A stretch of DNA of 64,000 nt from a virus (IMGVR_UViG_3300037310_000564:16708-80707), one strand, 5' to 3'. Positions 46,722 to 56,220 are shown, counted from the first letter of the stretch. Notes: a model not told the origin generated them from the letters alone. Made by a program: numbers and translations.

Positions 46722-47346
46722 TTCTCAGGAGTTAGACCAAGCAACTAAGAAAATAGAGCAACTGGTAAAACAAAACAAAGAACTTCAGGGAAGGGTGGAC
46801 AACCTAAACTTTATTAACACCATTCCTTTGTCCGAGATTGTGCTGCATACTTTGCAGGCCTGTAACACCAAACAATCTGAGGCAATGATTAATTATTACT
46901 CAGAAATGATTCCGCGCGTTTTAGAAAAACGCATTCCAAATGACCGATATGGCCAAATGTCTTTATTGTCAATGTTTTGCAAAGAGTCGGGATTTAATCC
47001 TCAAGCCCAATCCCCAACTGGTCCAAAAGGTTTGGGTCAAGTGGCCAAGGCGGCTTTTCATGAAGGTCTATCACGATGTGGCCTGCCGGCGGCCAAAGAC
47101 GATGATGTTTGGGTCCCAGAGCTAAATGTAACTGCTGCGGCTTGCTATTTTCAGCACCTATTGACGTTAGCTGGACCGGGGCGATATACTGTGGCCATGG
47201 CGGCATACAACCAAGGACCTAACTCCGAAGCTGTTAAAAACCTCCAAAAACACGGGAACTTACGTGGAGAAGAGCCAACAGCCTATGTATCTGGAGTGCA
47301 CAACCTGATTGAAAAGGTTAAAGTTTCCATTGCTGCGACCAAGTGA
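46666..47346 (+). CDS. Lipoprotein lytic transglycosylase (SLT domain)
   Basis: Lipobox AISC, coiled coil, KESGFNPQAQS..GPKGLGQV (catalytic Glu), AYNQG. Confidence 0.88.
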   Translation: MKTLTTIALTMCAAISCTNSQELDQATKKIEQLVKQNKELQGRVDNLNFINTIPLSEIVLHTLQACNTKQSEAMINYYSEMIPRVLEKRIPNDRYGQMSLLSMFCKESGFNPQAQSPTGPKGLGQVAKAAFHEGLSRCGLPAAKDDDVWVPELNVTAAACYFQHLLTLAGPGRYTVAMAAYNQGPNSEAVKNLQKHGNLRGEEPTAYVSGVHNLIEKVKVSIAATK

Positions 47347-47356
47347 TGATGTGGTC

Positions 47357-47403
47357 TGTCCCAATCATCCTTATTTTTGAAGGAAAAGGCAGGGATTGGG
47401 ACA
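47357..47403. repeat. Inverted repeat upstream of the CRISPR promoter
   Basis: TGTCCCAATC-N27-GATTGGGACA. Confidence 0.7.
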
Positions 47404-47414
47404 GGGTTTTTGGA

Positions 47415-47444
47415 TTGCAATGGCTTTATTTATAGTGCTAAAGT
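47415..47444 (+). promoter_or_regulatory. sigma70-like promoter of the array
   Basis: TTGCAA-N18-TAAAGT with extended TG; predicted +1 near 47451, at the first repeat. Confidence 0.55.
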
Positions 47445-47451
47445 GTTGTCA

Positions 47452-47658
47452 GTTGTGCCCCTATGCGGGGCGGAGAAAGGCCGAAGTCATGTCGCAGGTG
47501 TATGATGTGCCGTTGTGCCCCTATGCGGGGCGGAGAAAGCCTTTGTTGATATAGTTGGGCCAAAAGATGCTGTTGTGCCCCTATGCGGGGCGGAGAAAGA
47601 TGACGATACCACTTTCCTTGCCCAGGCAGAGTTGTGCCCCTATGCGGGGCGGAGAAAG
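47452..47658 (+). CRISPR. CRISPR mini-array: 4 identical 28-bp repeats, 3 spacers (32, 32, 31 bp), type I-F-like
   Basis: GTTGTGCCCCTATGCGGGGCGGAGAAAG at 47452, 47512, 47572 and 47631; 5-bp stem GCCCC/GGGGC, 5-nt loop, 8-nt handle; no cas gene in the window. Confidence 0.93.
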
Positions 47659-47677
47659 ACAAAGGCGAGGAGAAAAC

Positions 47678-50600
47678 ATGAGCATTTTTAAACCTTTAGC
47701 GTGCGGATTTCACTCACACACTGACATTGGCAGTTTAGATGGCGGCTCCACAGTAGAGCGCAAAATCAAATATGCCAATAAAATTGGACGTATTGCTGAC
47801 TGTGTAACCGATCATGGCTTCATGCACGCATTGGCTCGCCATTGGGAATTTGCAGAAAAATGCAAAAAAGACAAAGAAAATCCATTCCATATCAAGAGTA
47901 TACATGGAATAGAATTGTATATGGTCGACCCAGACAGGCCATGGAAGGAAAACCGATCCAAAAAAATGGAGCCGCAATACTACCACGTCACGGTTCATTT
48001 CAAAACCCAAAAGGCCTATCAATATTTCTGTTCACTATCAAAAGCCATGAATGAAAGAAAAGTGGTTCGTTATGGAGAAGCTAAGCCTTTAATATTATGG
48101 GAAGAGTTGCTCCAAATCTCTGGCGAAATCACCGTTGGTAGTAGCTGTTTGGTAGGACCAGTTCAAAAAAACATATTGGCTGGACGGTCAGATTTAGCCA
48201 AAAAATGGTATGAAAAGCTTAGACACTTGGCCGGTAATGGCAATTTCTTTGTGGAGCTTTTCCCCCACATTATTGATAAGCAGTGGGAATCCCCAGTCAC
48301 TGCCAAGACCATGGTCTCCAAAATCAAAAAACAGATTAAGGAAGCATCACAGGCCGGACAGAGCACGGAATTACTGGAAAAAGAACTGGAGCGACTATCG
48401 CACATAAAAGAGCGGCAGATTATCATCCCCGGCGAGTTTGTTCCGGCAATCCAAAGAATGGATGAAGATGCCATAGACCCACCATTTATTGATGAATGCG
48501 GAAGTGGACTCATCGACATTCAGAAAAAGCCCAATGAATTTGTGCTAGAAATGGCAAGGCGCCATAACGATCCGGTTATTATTTCCTTGGATGATCACTA
48601 TGCTGCCAAATCTGACCAAATAATCCAAAATGCACGCCTCAGTAACGGCGGAAGTAGCTGGAAATTTTACGGTCTTTATGACATGAAAACATCAGAGGAT
48701 TGTGCCATTGCCTTAAAAAAACAACTGGGCTTGGTCGATTCTGACATTGAAAAGTTCATTGATAACAGCTACTTATTTGTAGAGCAATTTAAAGATTATA
48801 AATTTCAAACCATTAAGGATGGCATCCTGCTGCCAACCACAGACATGGTGTATGGAAATTTGTATACAGGAATGTCCACCAAGGACATTTTTAGGTCTTT
48901 GGTGGTAAAGCATAAGCGTTGGAAACCAGAGTGGGGACAGGAATATATTGACAGGATTCGCTACGAATTAGATGTGCTAACAAATAACGGTAAAGGCGAC
49001 TTTTTGCCGTACTTCTTTGTGGTTGAGGATGCCGTTGCGTTTTGTAAACAGCACGACAAACTGTTTAATGTTCGTGGATCAGCCGGCGGATCATTGGCCC
49101 TTTATCTATTGGGAGCATCTGTTACAGACCCCATAGCCTGGAACCTTCCCTTTGAGCGCTTCATGACCAAAGAGAGGATCGCTGAGGGCGCCATGATGGA
49201 CGCAGATTGTGACGTAGAGGAGAGAGATTTTGTCCTTAACTATTTGAAAAATAAGTACAAAGAAAACTTTGCCTTAATTAGTACAGACTTAAATCTAAAA
49301 TTCAAAAGCGCCATTAAGGACGTGCACCGAGATCTTATTGGGGTTGTTCCTCCCGAAATCGAAGAAATGTGCGTAATGATGCCGGCGGCTCCACAGGGCA
49401 TGTCCGACACTGACTTTTTGTTTGGGTATGTTGATAAAACCACCAAGACATATATGCCAGGGTTTTTAGAAAAAGAATCTATCGGCGCCACAATATTCAA
49501 ACAATGGATTGAGGAACATCCGGATCGGTGGGAAGTTGTAAAGACTTGTCTTGGTGTCAATAGGGCTCATGGCGTACATGCCGGGGGAGTATTACTAACC
49601 CCCAATCCCGTAACTAATTATATTCCCTGCTCTTATGATGATGGCATGCCTATTGCCAGCTATACGATGAAGGGCGTGGAATATGTTGGCGGTGTGAAGT
49701 ATGACTTTTTGGGTGTATCAACCCTTTTGGCCCTTGGTATTACCATGAGGTCAATTAAAAAGCATTTAGGGATTGAGTTGAAGTGGGAAGAGTTTCCACA
49801 CGACCCAGAGGTATTTGCCAAAGTATTGCACAACAATAAACTTACCTCTATCTTTCAACTTCATACACGCCTGGTTAGGCCTTTTGTAGTCAAAACATTG
49901 CCTAAATCTGTGCGCGACATTTCTGGCCTAATTGCGTTGGTACGTCCTGGAGCTCTGGACGCTGCTTCCCCTGACCCATCCTTTAATGGCAATGCCGCAG
50001 ACTTTTATTGTGCCGTAGCAAAAGGTGAAAAACAGCCATACTACATCCATCCTGACCTGGAGCCTATTTTTGGTGAAACAAATGGCATCTGTCTGTATCA
50101 AGAGCAATTACTGAGGTGTTTTAGGGATTTAGCCGGATATAGCTATGGCGAAGCTGAGGCCGTCAGGAGAGCTGTAGGTAAAAAAGTTAAAGAACTTATG
50201 GACTTACACTTAGGCATTTTGAAAAGCAGATTGTTAGAGCGGGGATGGAGTAACAGTCAGGCTACCGATCTATGCGAAACCTTAGTTAAGTCTGCCAGGT
50301 ACTCTTTCAATAAAGCCCATAGCGCCAGCTACGCCATTGTAGGATATAACGGCGCTTGGCTGAAACATCATTACCCGTTGCATTTTTGGCTGGGTGAGTT
50401 TGCAGTCAACACAGACAAAAGAGAGAAATTACGCATACTTATGATGGAAGCCCGTCATTTGGTTTTGCCGGTCAACATTAAGCACTCCCATGTTTCTGAG
50501 TGGACCATTGAGGGGGATAAGTTGCGTCCGCCACTATCTCTTCTGAAGGGCTGTGGCGAGAAAACCGCAATTAGTATTAAAAACGCAGTGTTGGGTATTT

Positions 50601-50692
50601 TTGGTGAAGGAAGTGGCGATATTGACATTGATGAGCATGAGGAATATGATCATGCCAGCGATGTTGAGGGTGAGCAGTATGGCGACAAATGA
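47678..50692 (+). CDS. dnaE: DNA polymerase III alpha, N-terminal part (PHP, palm, thumb, fingers, HhH)
   Basis: FHSHT, TDHG, RGSAGGS, DADCD, GVHAGG, KYDFLG, YQEQL, YSFNKAHSASYA; true start 47678 after GAGGAG. Confidence 0.95.
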   Translation: MSIFKPLACGFHSHTDIGSLDGGSTVERKIKYANKIGRIADCVTDHGFMHALARHWEFAEKCKKDKENPFHIKSIHGIELYMVDPDRPWKENRSKKMEPQYYHVTVHFKTQKAYQYFCSLSKAMNERKVVRYGEAKPLILWEELLQISGEITVGSSCLVGPVQKNILAGRSDLAKKWYEKLRHLAGNGNFFVELFPHIIDKQWESPVTAKTMVSKIKKQIKEASQAGQSTELLEKELERLSHIKERQIIIPGEFVPAIQRMDEDAIDPPFIDECGSGLIDIQKKPNEFVLEMARRHNDPVIISLDDHYAAKSDQIIQNARLSNGGSSWKFYGLYDMKTSEDCAIALKKQLGLVDSDIEKFIDNSYLFVEQFKDYKFQTIKDGILLPTTDMVYGNLYTGMSTKDIFRSLVVKHKRWKPEWGQEYIDRIRYELDVLTNNGKGDFLPYFFVVEDAVAFCKQHDKLFNVRGSAGGSLALYLLGASVTDPIAWNLPFERFMTKERIAEGAMMDADCDVEERDFVLNYLKNKYKENFALISTDLNLKFKSAIKDVHRDLIGVVPPEIEEMCVMMPAAPQGMSDTDFLFGYVDKTTKTYMPGFLEKESIGATIFKQWIEEHPDRWEVVKTCLGVNRAHGVHAGGVLLTPNPVTNYIPCSYDDGMPIASYTMKGVEYVGGVKYDFLGVSTLLALGITMRSIKKHLGIELKWEEFPHDPEVFAKVLHNNKLTSIFQLHTRLVRPFVVKTLPKSVRDISGLIALVRPGALDAASPDPSFNGNAADFYCAVAKGEKQPYYIHPDLEPIFGETNGICLYQEQLLRCFRDLAGYSYGEAEAVRRAVGKKVKELMDLHLGILKSRLLERGWSNSQATDLCETLVKSARYSFNKAHSASYAIVGYNGAWLKHHYPLHFWLGEFAVNTDKREKLRILMMEARHLVLPVNIKHSHVSEWTIEGDKLRPPLSLLKGCGEKTAISIKNAVLGIFGEGSGDIDIDEHEEYDHASDVEGEQYGDK

Positions 50693-51461
50693 GTGGGAAA
50701 CGTTACTAGAAAACCTAAAGGGCGCCAAAGCCAATAAGGTGTCATTTCCTGTCCCTAAATTGGGGGTTATGTTATTTGCCGGAGCATTTGACGACTTTAT
50801 TCCACCCGGAATGTCGCGCAGCATTAATACATACAGATTTATGTTTGAAGAGATAAAAAAAGCCCTAAAATCAACAGCAAAATTACCCAAAAAGACCAAA
50901 ACTGAATCTGTGGACCTGAATGACGGCGACTTAACGCCACTTAAACTAATGCTTTGGCGCCAAGATGTAAATCCTGTTTGTGCCAGTGATGTGTTAAATC
51001 TCTATAGAGCAAAAATAATCAGTGATTATGGGTTTTTAACTGCCCATCCTGACATAGATCATTTTCATTTTGTGGAAATGGCCGGACCATCCAAGAAAAA
51101 TGATAAAGTTATCAATCACTTAGTTATAAATACTGCAGAGGCGATGGACCAATTCCTGCTATATAAAGATGGGATGAAACAACTTCACATCTTTGGGTTG
51201 GTAGAGTCCAGGACTTTTAAGAAATTTGGTAAAGACAGTCCACAAAGAACCCGCATGATATTGACACTTAATACCGGGCACGGCATTACACCTCCTATCA
51301 CAGTATGGCCAAATAAAAATGGTGTTGTTGACCCTTACCATTTGGCCGTATATACTGTTGGAAAGCCTGTGCTGATGCACATCTCTGTTAAAGATTGGCA
51401 AGGCTCACCATCACTGTCGCTTGCGCCTGGAGGGACATTGTGGCTAGCTTTAGGGAATTAG
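50679..51461 (+). CDS. DnaE C-terminal part (AGAFD motif plus OB-fold) as a separate ORF
   Basis: MLFAGAFDDF matches DnaE LIxAGAFD; HIFGLVESRTFKK...MILTLNTG...ITVWP OB-fold; overlaps the N-part by 14 bp. Confidence 0.75.
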   Translation: MATNEWETLLENLKGAKANKVSFPVPKLGVMLFAGAFDDFIPPGMSRSINTYRFMFEEIKKALKSTAKLPKKTKTESVDLNDGDLTPLKLMLWRQDVNPVCASDVLNLYRAKIISDYGFLTAHPDIDHFHFVEMAGPSKKNDKVINHLVINTAEAMDQFLLYKDGMKQLHIFGLVESRTFKKFGKDSPQRTRMILTLNTGHGITPPITVWPNKNGVVDPYHLAVYTVGKPVLMHISVKDWQGSPSLSLAPGGTLWLALGN

Positions 51462-51937
51462 GTAAAAAAGCTGACATACCAAAACCAAAGACAAAAAAGA
51501 AAAAGGAGTTTGTGTTAGATGTTTTTCTAAAGGCCACGCTCCGGGGAGCTTTCAAGAAAACACCGATGTTTCAGGAAGCAAAAAGAAGAGCGAAGGTGGA
51601 AGTTTTTGAAAAAAGCAAGCATGGCAAGGACTTACGTCGTGTTAAGTATAGATGCGCGCATTGCCAACAGCTGTTTAGTGACAAGATAGGCCAGAGGGAT
51701 ATTGCTGTAGACCATATTGAGCCAGTTATTCCGGTGGACCATGAACTAAAACACTCATTAGATTGGATATTTAGGTTGTTTTGTAGCACCACAAATTTGC
51801 AAGTGCTGTGCAATTATAAGGGGGAAAGAGACGGAACACCTTCTTGTCATGCCATAAAAACCAAAAAGGAACGAGCCGCATTGGCAGAATTTAATAGGTC
51901 AAAGCTAGCGCAACATGAGGATTTTACTAATGAATAA
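51440..51937 (+). CDS. HNH endonuclease
   Basis: YRCAHC...VDHIEPV...NLQVLC...CHAIKT. Confidence 0.85.
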   Translation: MASFRELGKKADIPKPKTKKKKEFVLDVFLKATLRGAFKKTPMFQEAKRRAKVEVFEKSKHGKDLRRVKYRCAHCQQLFSDKIGQRDIAVDHIEPVIPVDHELKHSLDWIFRLFCSTTNLQVLCNYKGERDGTPSCHAIKTKKERAALAEFNRSKLAQHEDFTNE

Positions 51938-52553
51938 GTTATATTACAAAACCCATAAAGTCCCTGGTTGGGTTGTTCTGGGAAAAATGAGCAAAAAGAA
52001 TCGAAATTCTTTAATTAAATTTGTTACTTCGGAGTTAGGTGGCTATCACTTCGACTCATATCCCAATGCACAAACTGCTTTGCAAATTGCTATGAACATT
52101 AGAAAAAATCTTGGTCAAACCCAAATTCCTACCACAGGTGTTGGGTATAGGCTGTATCCCACTTTGTGCCAGTTAATAATTAAAGAGATGATATACAGCA
52201 TTCATCCGCATGCAGCCTTATCCTCAGCAATCCGATACCCTCCTGGCAAATCATGGCTCATTGAAAAGCCAGAAGATTATTTGGGCTGCCTAGAGGAATA
52301 TTACATGGCTGTCGACCCTATATTCCTATCTCAAAACTTCAAAGTGCTTGAAATTACTGAGAAAGGTTTTTGGGGATGGATTTCATACCAACAACCACGC
52401 AAGGAGGTATTGACAAAAATTGCAAACAGGGTTACGGTGGTTGCAGATGATGATTCCGGGGATGTAAAAATCTCTAGCGATAATCTGATTCCATCTTTTA
52501 TTGACGCACTATCTGCCAATGGCACAATTAAAGCAAACAACATAAAGGAATAA
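51930..52553 (+). CDS. Hypothetical protein
   Basis: 207 aa in replication gene run. Confidence 0.6.
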   Translation: MNKLYYKTHKVPGWVVLGKMSKKNRNSLIKFVTSELGGYHFDSYPNAQTALQIAMNIRKNLGQTQIPTTGVGYRLYPTLCQLIIKEMIYSIHPHAALSSAIRYPPGKSWLIEKPEDYLGCLEEYYMAVDPIFLSQNFKVLEITEKGFWGWISYQQPRKEVLTKIANRVTVVADDDSGDVKISSDNLIPSFIDALSANGTIKANNIKE

Positions 52554-52557
52554 TCAA

Positions 52558-53574
52558 ATGAGTGACCAACAAATCAGTTTTGCCCAACAATCAGCTAATG
52601 GTTTAGTGTTTCCAGAGGAAACTAAGCGGATCTTTTTTTCTCCGCCTGTGACAAACACCGAACCATTGGTCTTTAAGATCTTGGCGGATCCGCGTTATAA
52701 CGGCGGCACTAGCCTATACAGGCCGGTAAGGACCCATTCCCATGTAGTGAATGGCAATACTTACAAACATACCTGCAGGTCTTTTTTTGGCGATGAACCT
52801 GTTGAACAAAACTACTTTTTTGAACTGCACCGAAAACTCAAGTCAATGGAAAAAAACGGCCTAAAGGGCTCTATGGAATATCTTAAGCTTGAGCATCTGA
52901 AAAAGCTATTCAGGGGGAGTGACGGCGGTTGGGTTTTGTATATTGTTCCAAATAATCCAACTATTTACGCAATGAAGGTTGGTCCTCAAATTATTAATAA
53001 GCTGGAAGGTCGCAAAGGTACCGCCACAGCCCAAGAAATTCCAAGCTGCATTAAAACAATGCTAGCCAGCGGCCTCTGTCCTTGGGATGTATCTTCTCCC
53101 AACTGTGATAAGGGATGGATTGTTTTGTCTAAAACAGGTGAAGGCATGGCGACTGAATATTTTGTCAATGCGGCACAAACCAGAAAGGCCATTAAGGATG
53201 CCGACGGCACAGAATACACAAAAGATGTACCAGCTTCATATCCTGTGCATTCAAAATTTAAAGGCCCAATGTCGATCAATGATTTGCCTAAATATGACGA
53301 ATTGGAAGAAAAAATGGCATGGAGTAAAGAAGAAGTGGAGGCCTTTGTGCGATCTAATGGCAATGAACTGCCTGCACAGGTATTAGAGCGGGCAGCTCAG
53401 CAAAATGATGACAATGGCAATAACAGTGCCGCAAATATCAATGGTGGATTTGGTGCCCCCGTCATGTCCGCCAATGATGTTTTGGGTGGAATGTCATTGC
53501 CCACAGGGCAGCTTGCTCCTACGGCAGGGCTTGTGAATGTCCAATCTGAGACTTATGGCGACATACCTTTCTAA
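52558..53574 (+). CDS. Single-stranded DNA-binding protein (gp32-like)
   Basis: H...C metal-site-like segment, MKVGPQIINK, GWIVLSKTGEG.ATEY, flexible tail ending YGDIPF; followed by a strong terminator. Confidence 0.75.
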   Translation: MSDQQISFAQQSANGLVFPEETKRIFFSPPVTNTEPLVFKILADPRYNGGTSLYRPVRTHSHVVNGNTYKHTCRSFFGDEPVEQNYFFELHRKLKSMEKNGLKGSMEYLKLEHLKKLFRGSDGGWVLYIVPNNPTIYAMKVGPQIINKLEGRKGTATAQEIPSCIKTMLASGLCPWDVSSPNCDKGWIVLSKTGEGMATEYFVNAAQTRKAIKDADGTEYTKDVPASYPVHSKFKGPMSINDLPKYDELEEKMAWSKEEVEAFVRSNGNELPAQVLERAAQQNDDNGNNSAANINGGFGAPVMSANDVLGGMSLPTGQLAPTAGLVNVQSETYGDIPF

Positions 53575-53591
53575 GAAGACTCCTTTGATTT

Positions 53592-53624
53592 GGCCATGGG
53601 CCTGTTGTCCCATGGCCTTTTTTT
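53592..53624 (+). terminator. Intrinsic terminator
   Basis: GGCCATGGG-N8-CCCATGGCC followed by T7. Confidence 0.85.
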
Positions 53625-53649
53625 CCAACCACAAAAGGACTTGTCAACC

Positions 53650-54297
53650 ATGCCTTATCAAATTCCCGCTAACAGTGCTATTTTTTCATATAACGAAGAG
53701 GTTTTTTTAAATACACCTCAAAATAATGGCAATGCCACTAAACCAAATGATTATATTCCTGAAGAGTCGCCGCTGCCACCTGCCATTGAGGCAATTGATA
53801 TACAATACAGCGCCATTTATAATAAACAAATTAATATGTTGCGCGAAGTTTTGGTTTTAGCAGAAAATGCTCAGGATTTGAATGATCCCTATCATCGCAT
53901 AAAAATTATGGCCAAGTTATCATGGGGACTAAGAAAGGCTGGCGAATTTCTGGGCGTAGCCAGGACTCAATATAAGCTAGCGTACGCTGCGCGAAAAAAA
54001 GCCGAAGGTATTGCGGCATTAGAAAATTTTGCCAATTATATTGCTAGCCGTAAGGCTGAAGGCAAAGAGGCTAAAGCAACTGAAGAAATGCGTAAGCATT
54101 ACATTCACTTAGATGTTAATGTGCATGCAGCAGTGTCCAAAGAAGCATATATGGAAGCGGTTTTAGAGCAACTGCAGACATATAAGCAGGAGTTTTTTAT
54201 GGCACTTTCCTTAATAAAAGCCTCTTCATATGGAGTGCACACACAAGAGGCCAATTTGATGTCCGGAGCGTCTGTGGCAGTAAATGATGGTGAGTAA
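53650..54297 (+). CDS. Helical protein, possible UvsY-like recombination mediator
   Basis: All-helical/coiled coil; lies between SSB and RecA-like genes; weak. Confidence 0.4.
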   Translation: MPYQIPANSAIFSYNEEVFLNTPQNNGNATKPNDYIPEESPLPPAIEAIDIQYSAIYNKQINMLREVLVLAENAQDLNDPYHRIKIMAKLSWGLRKAGEFLGVARTQYKLAYAARKKAEGIAALENFANYIASRKAEGKEAKATEEMRKHYIHLDVNVHAAVSKEAYMEAVLEQLQTYKQEFFMALSLIKASSYGVHTQEANLMSGASVAVNDGE

Positions 54298-54300
54298 TAG

Positions 54301-54501
54301 ATGTATCCTGCCGTTTTAAAAACCTTATGTGGCTGCTCTAAAATTGTGGACTTGCCACGTGGATTGGAAATGATTAGGATACCACTATCAGACGGATCAT
54401 CCAGGATATTCCGCAGAACAAGTAGTTACGACAAAGGCAACCCAGTGTTTTTAGAGGACAAAGATGTCAAAGTTTCTGAAGAATTTAATAAAAAAGGATG
54501 A
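54301..54501 (+). CDS. Small hypothetical protein
   Basis: 66 aa between flanking genes. Confidence 0.45.
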   Translation: MYPAVLKTLCGCSKIVDLPRGLEMIRIPLSDGSSRIFRRTSSYDKGNPVFLEDKDVKVSEEFNKKG

Positions 54502-55654
54502 TGAGGCAAGGTCATTGATCGCCGCCAGACTGCAGGGTCAGGATGTTTTGGCTTTTGATGATCCAACGCTGCAGTGGGCTACCGGTGGGTGGAGCCGTGG
54601 AAGGGTTAACCTTATTTGGGGACCTTCCGGTTCCGGCAAAACTGGTATTGTGCTAAAGCAGGCCGCCAAAGAAATGCAAATGGTCCCCGGGGATGGGATA
54701 GTTTTGGTGTTTGACTCTGAATATGCCCATCCTGGAGCATTATGTGCTGATGAAAAGAAGGCAAAACAGAGATATATGCAGGCTGGTCTTGATCCTGATC
54801 GTTGCCATGTCATTCAGTCTAACAAAATGGACGAATTGTTCGGTGATATTGGTACCTTAGAGACAGAAATCAAAAATCGCACACTAAATGTCGCAGCAAT
54901 AATTGTAGATAGTTGGGGCGGAGTACAATCCGAACAGGCCTACAATAAGATTGTTGAAGGTAATGTAGCAGCCGCCGGCAATGCTTTTGGGGGCAATGCC
55001 AAAACCATGGGCCCGGTTCTGCAGACCCTACTCAGAATTGCGGCGGAAAATGGAATAACAATGTTTTGTGTACAACACTGCATTAACAACATGGAGCAAT
55101 ATGGTCCCAAATACATACTGATTGGTGGCCAAAAACTCCGATTCTTAGTGCATTCGTCTCTATTTGTGGAGTCTATTACGGCCAAAGACGCTTCCTTACT
55201 GTCTGGCGACCAAGCGTCTGTAAATAATGATTTTATGTACAGAATTGGCAAAAAGATTAGGTCAAAATGTGAAAAATCCCGTTTTGTGGTGGAGGGCCGC
55301 AAAGCAGAATTCTGGATGGATTTTGAGAACTTAAGATTTGCATTGCCAGAGGAAAGTCTAACTGAGTTGGCTCTAGAGTTGGGTGTTGTGGGCAAAGTGA
55401 ATAATGTGACCTATGAATATCCTGTTGGAGCTCCAACTCCAGTCAGATTTACTGGAAGAGCGGCATTAACAGATGCCATTAAAAAAGACAAACAGCTATA
55501 TGACGCCATTTTTGCGTCTTGCAATCAAAGCAAAAAACTTGATACACTCAATATGCCAATCGGTGATGAGTTGGGGATTGTCAACAATGATGAGGGGGAT
55601 GAAGATGGAGCCAATGCAGAAACTCTCAAAGCCAAAGGTCGTAAAAAGAAGTAG
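54464..55654 (+). CDS. RecA/UvsX-like recombinase
   Basis: WGPSGSGKT, VFDSEYA, IIVDSWG, GGQKLRFLVHS. Confidence 0.9.
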   Translation: MSKFLKNLIKKDDEARSLIAARLQGQDVLAFDDPTLQWATGGWSRGRVNLIWGPSGSGKTGIVLKQAAKEMQMVPGDGIVLVFDSEYAHPGALCADEKKAKQRYMQAGLDPDRCHVIQSNKMDELFGDIGTLETEIKNRTLNVAAIIVDSWGGVQSEQAYNKIVEGNVAAAGNAFGGNAKTMGPVLQTLLRIAAENGITMFCVQHCINNMEQYGPKYILIGGQKLRFLVHSSLFVESITAKDASLLSGDQASVNNDFMYRIGKKIRSKCEKSRFVVEGRKAEFWMDFENLRFALPEESLTELALELGVVGKVNNVTYEYPVGAPTPVRFTGRAALTDAIKKDKQLYDAIFASCNQSKKLDTLNMPIGDELGIVNNDEGDEDGANAETLKAKGRKKK

Positions 55655-55682
55655 TAAAGCTGTTTTTGATGGTGCGGCATCG

Positions 55683-56216
55683 ATGGGAATGGTGTCCAGC
55701 ACATCTTCAACAGCCAAAGAAGTTTTTTATCCAATAGAACTGACCAATAGCGGCTTTCAAATTAGCCCTAGAGCGAAGGATTTGATTCGTGAGATAAGAC
55801 TGAGATCTGGTCTGACGTGGGAAACACTTTCGATTGTACTTAAGGTTAGTCGACGGAGCCTTCATGCGTGGGCTAATGGAGCTGAGATTAAGAGCGAAAA
55901 TTTTGCTCACCTTGAAGCTGTGTACCGGGCTATTTCTGAAATTGATCAGGGGGATACCTCTGCTAATAGGGCTCTGCTATTAGCTACGATTAAAGGACAA
56001 AAGCCAATCCATCTCCTCAAAGATGGTCGATTCGTTGAGGTTATAGATCTAATCAAATCGACAGAACGTGTAAATCCTCGACGAAAGGAATTAGCTGCTG
56101 AAGAAAAGGCTGCGAGGGCTCCATTTTCTCCGGAAAGCATTGTTGACGCGAATCAGGAGCCAGTACACAAGCCTTTGCGTTCCAAGCGGATGAGCATGAA
56201 GGCAAGGAAGTCCTAA
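55683..56216 (+). CDS. XRE-like HTH protein of bacterial type
   Basis: IREIRLRSGLTWETLSIVLKVSRRSLHAWANG...IDQGDTSANRALL. Confidence 0.8.
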   Translation: MGMVSSTSSTAKEVFYPIELTNSGFQISPRAKDLIREIRLRSGLTWETLSIVLKVSRRSLHAWANGAEIKSENFAHLEAVYRAISEIDQGDTSANRALLLATIKGQKPIHLLKDGRFVEVIDLIKSTERVNPRRKELAAEEKAARAPFSPESIVDANQEPVHKPLRSKRMSMKARKS

Positions 56217-56220
56217 TTGT

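Noticed and set aside
47438-47662. 74-aa minus-strand ORF with repeated LSPPRIGAQ
   Set aside because: It is the translation of the CRISPR repeats
47555-47677. ORF-track N-terminal extension of DnaE
   Set aside because: It runs through CRISPR repeats; the real start is ATG 47678 with a GAGGAG RBS just before the PHP motif
50600-50760. Split intein at the DnaE junction
   Set aside because: No C/S-start block A or terminal HN-C/S block G at either end
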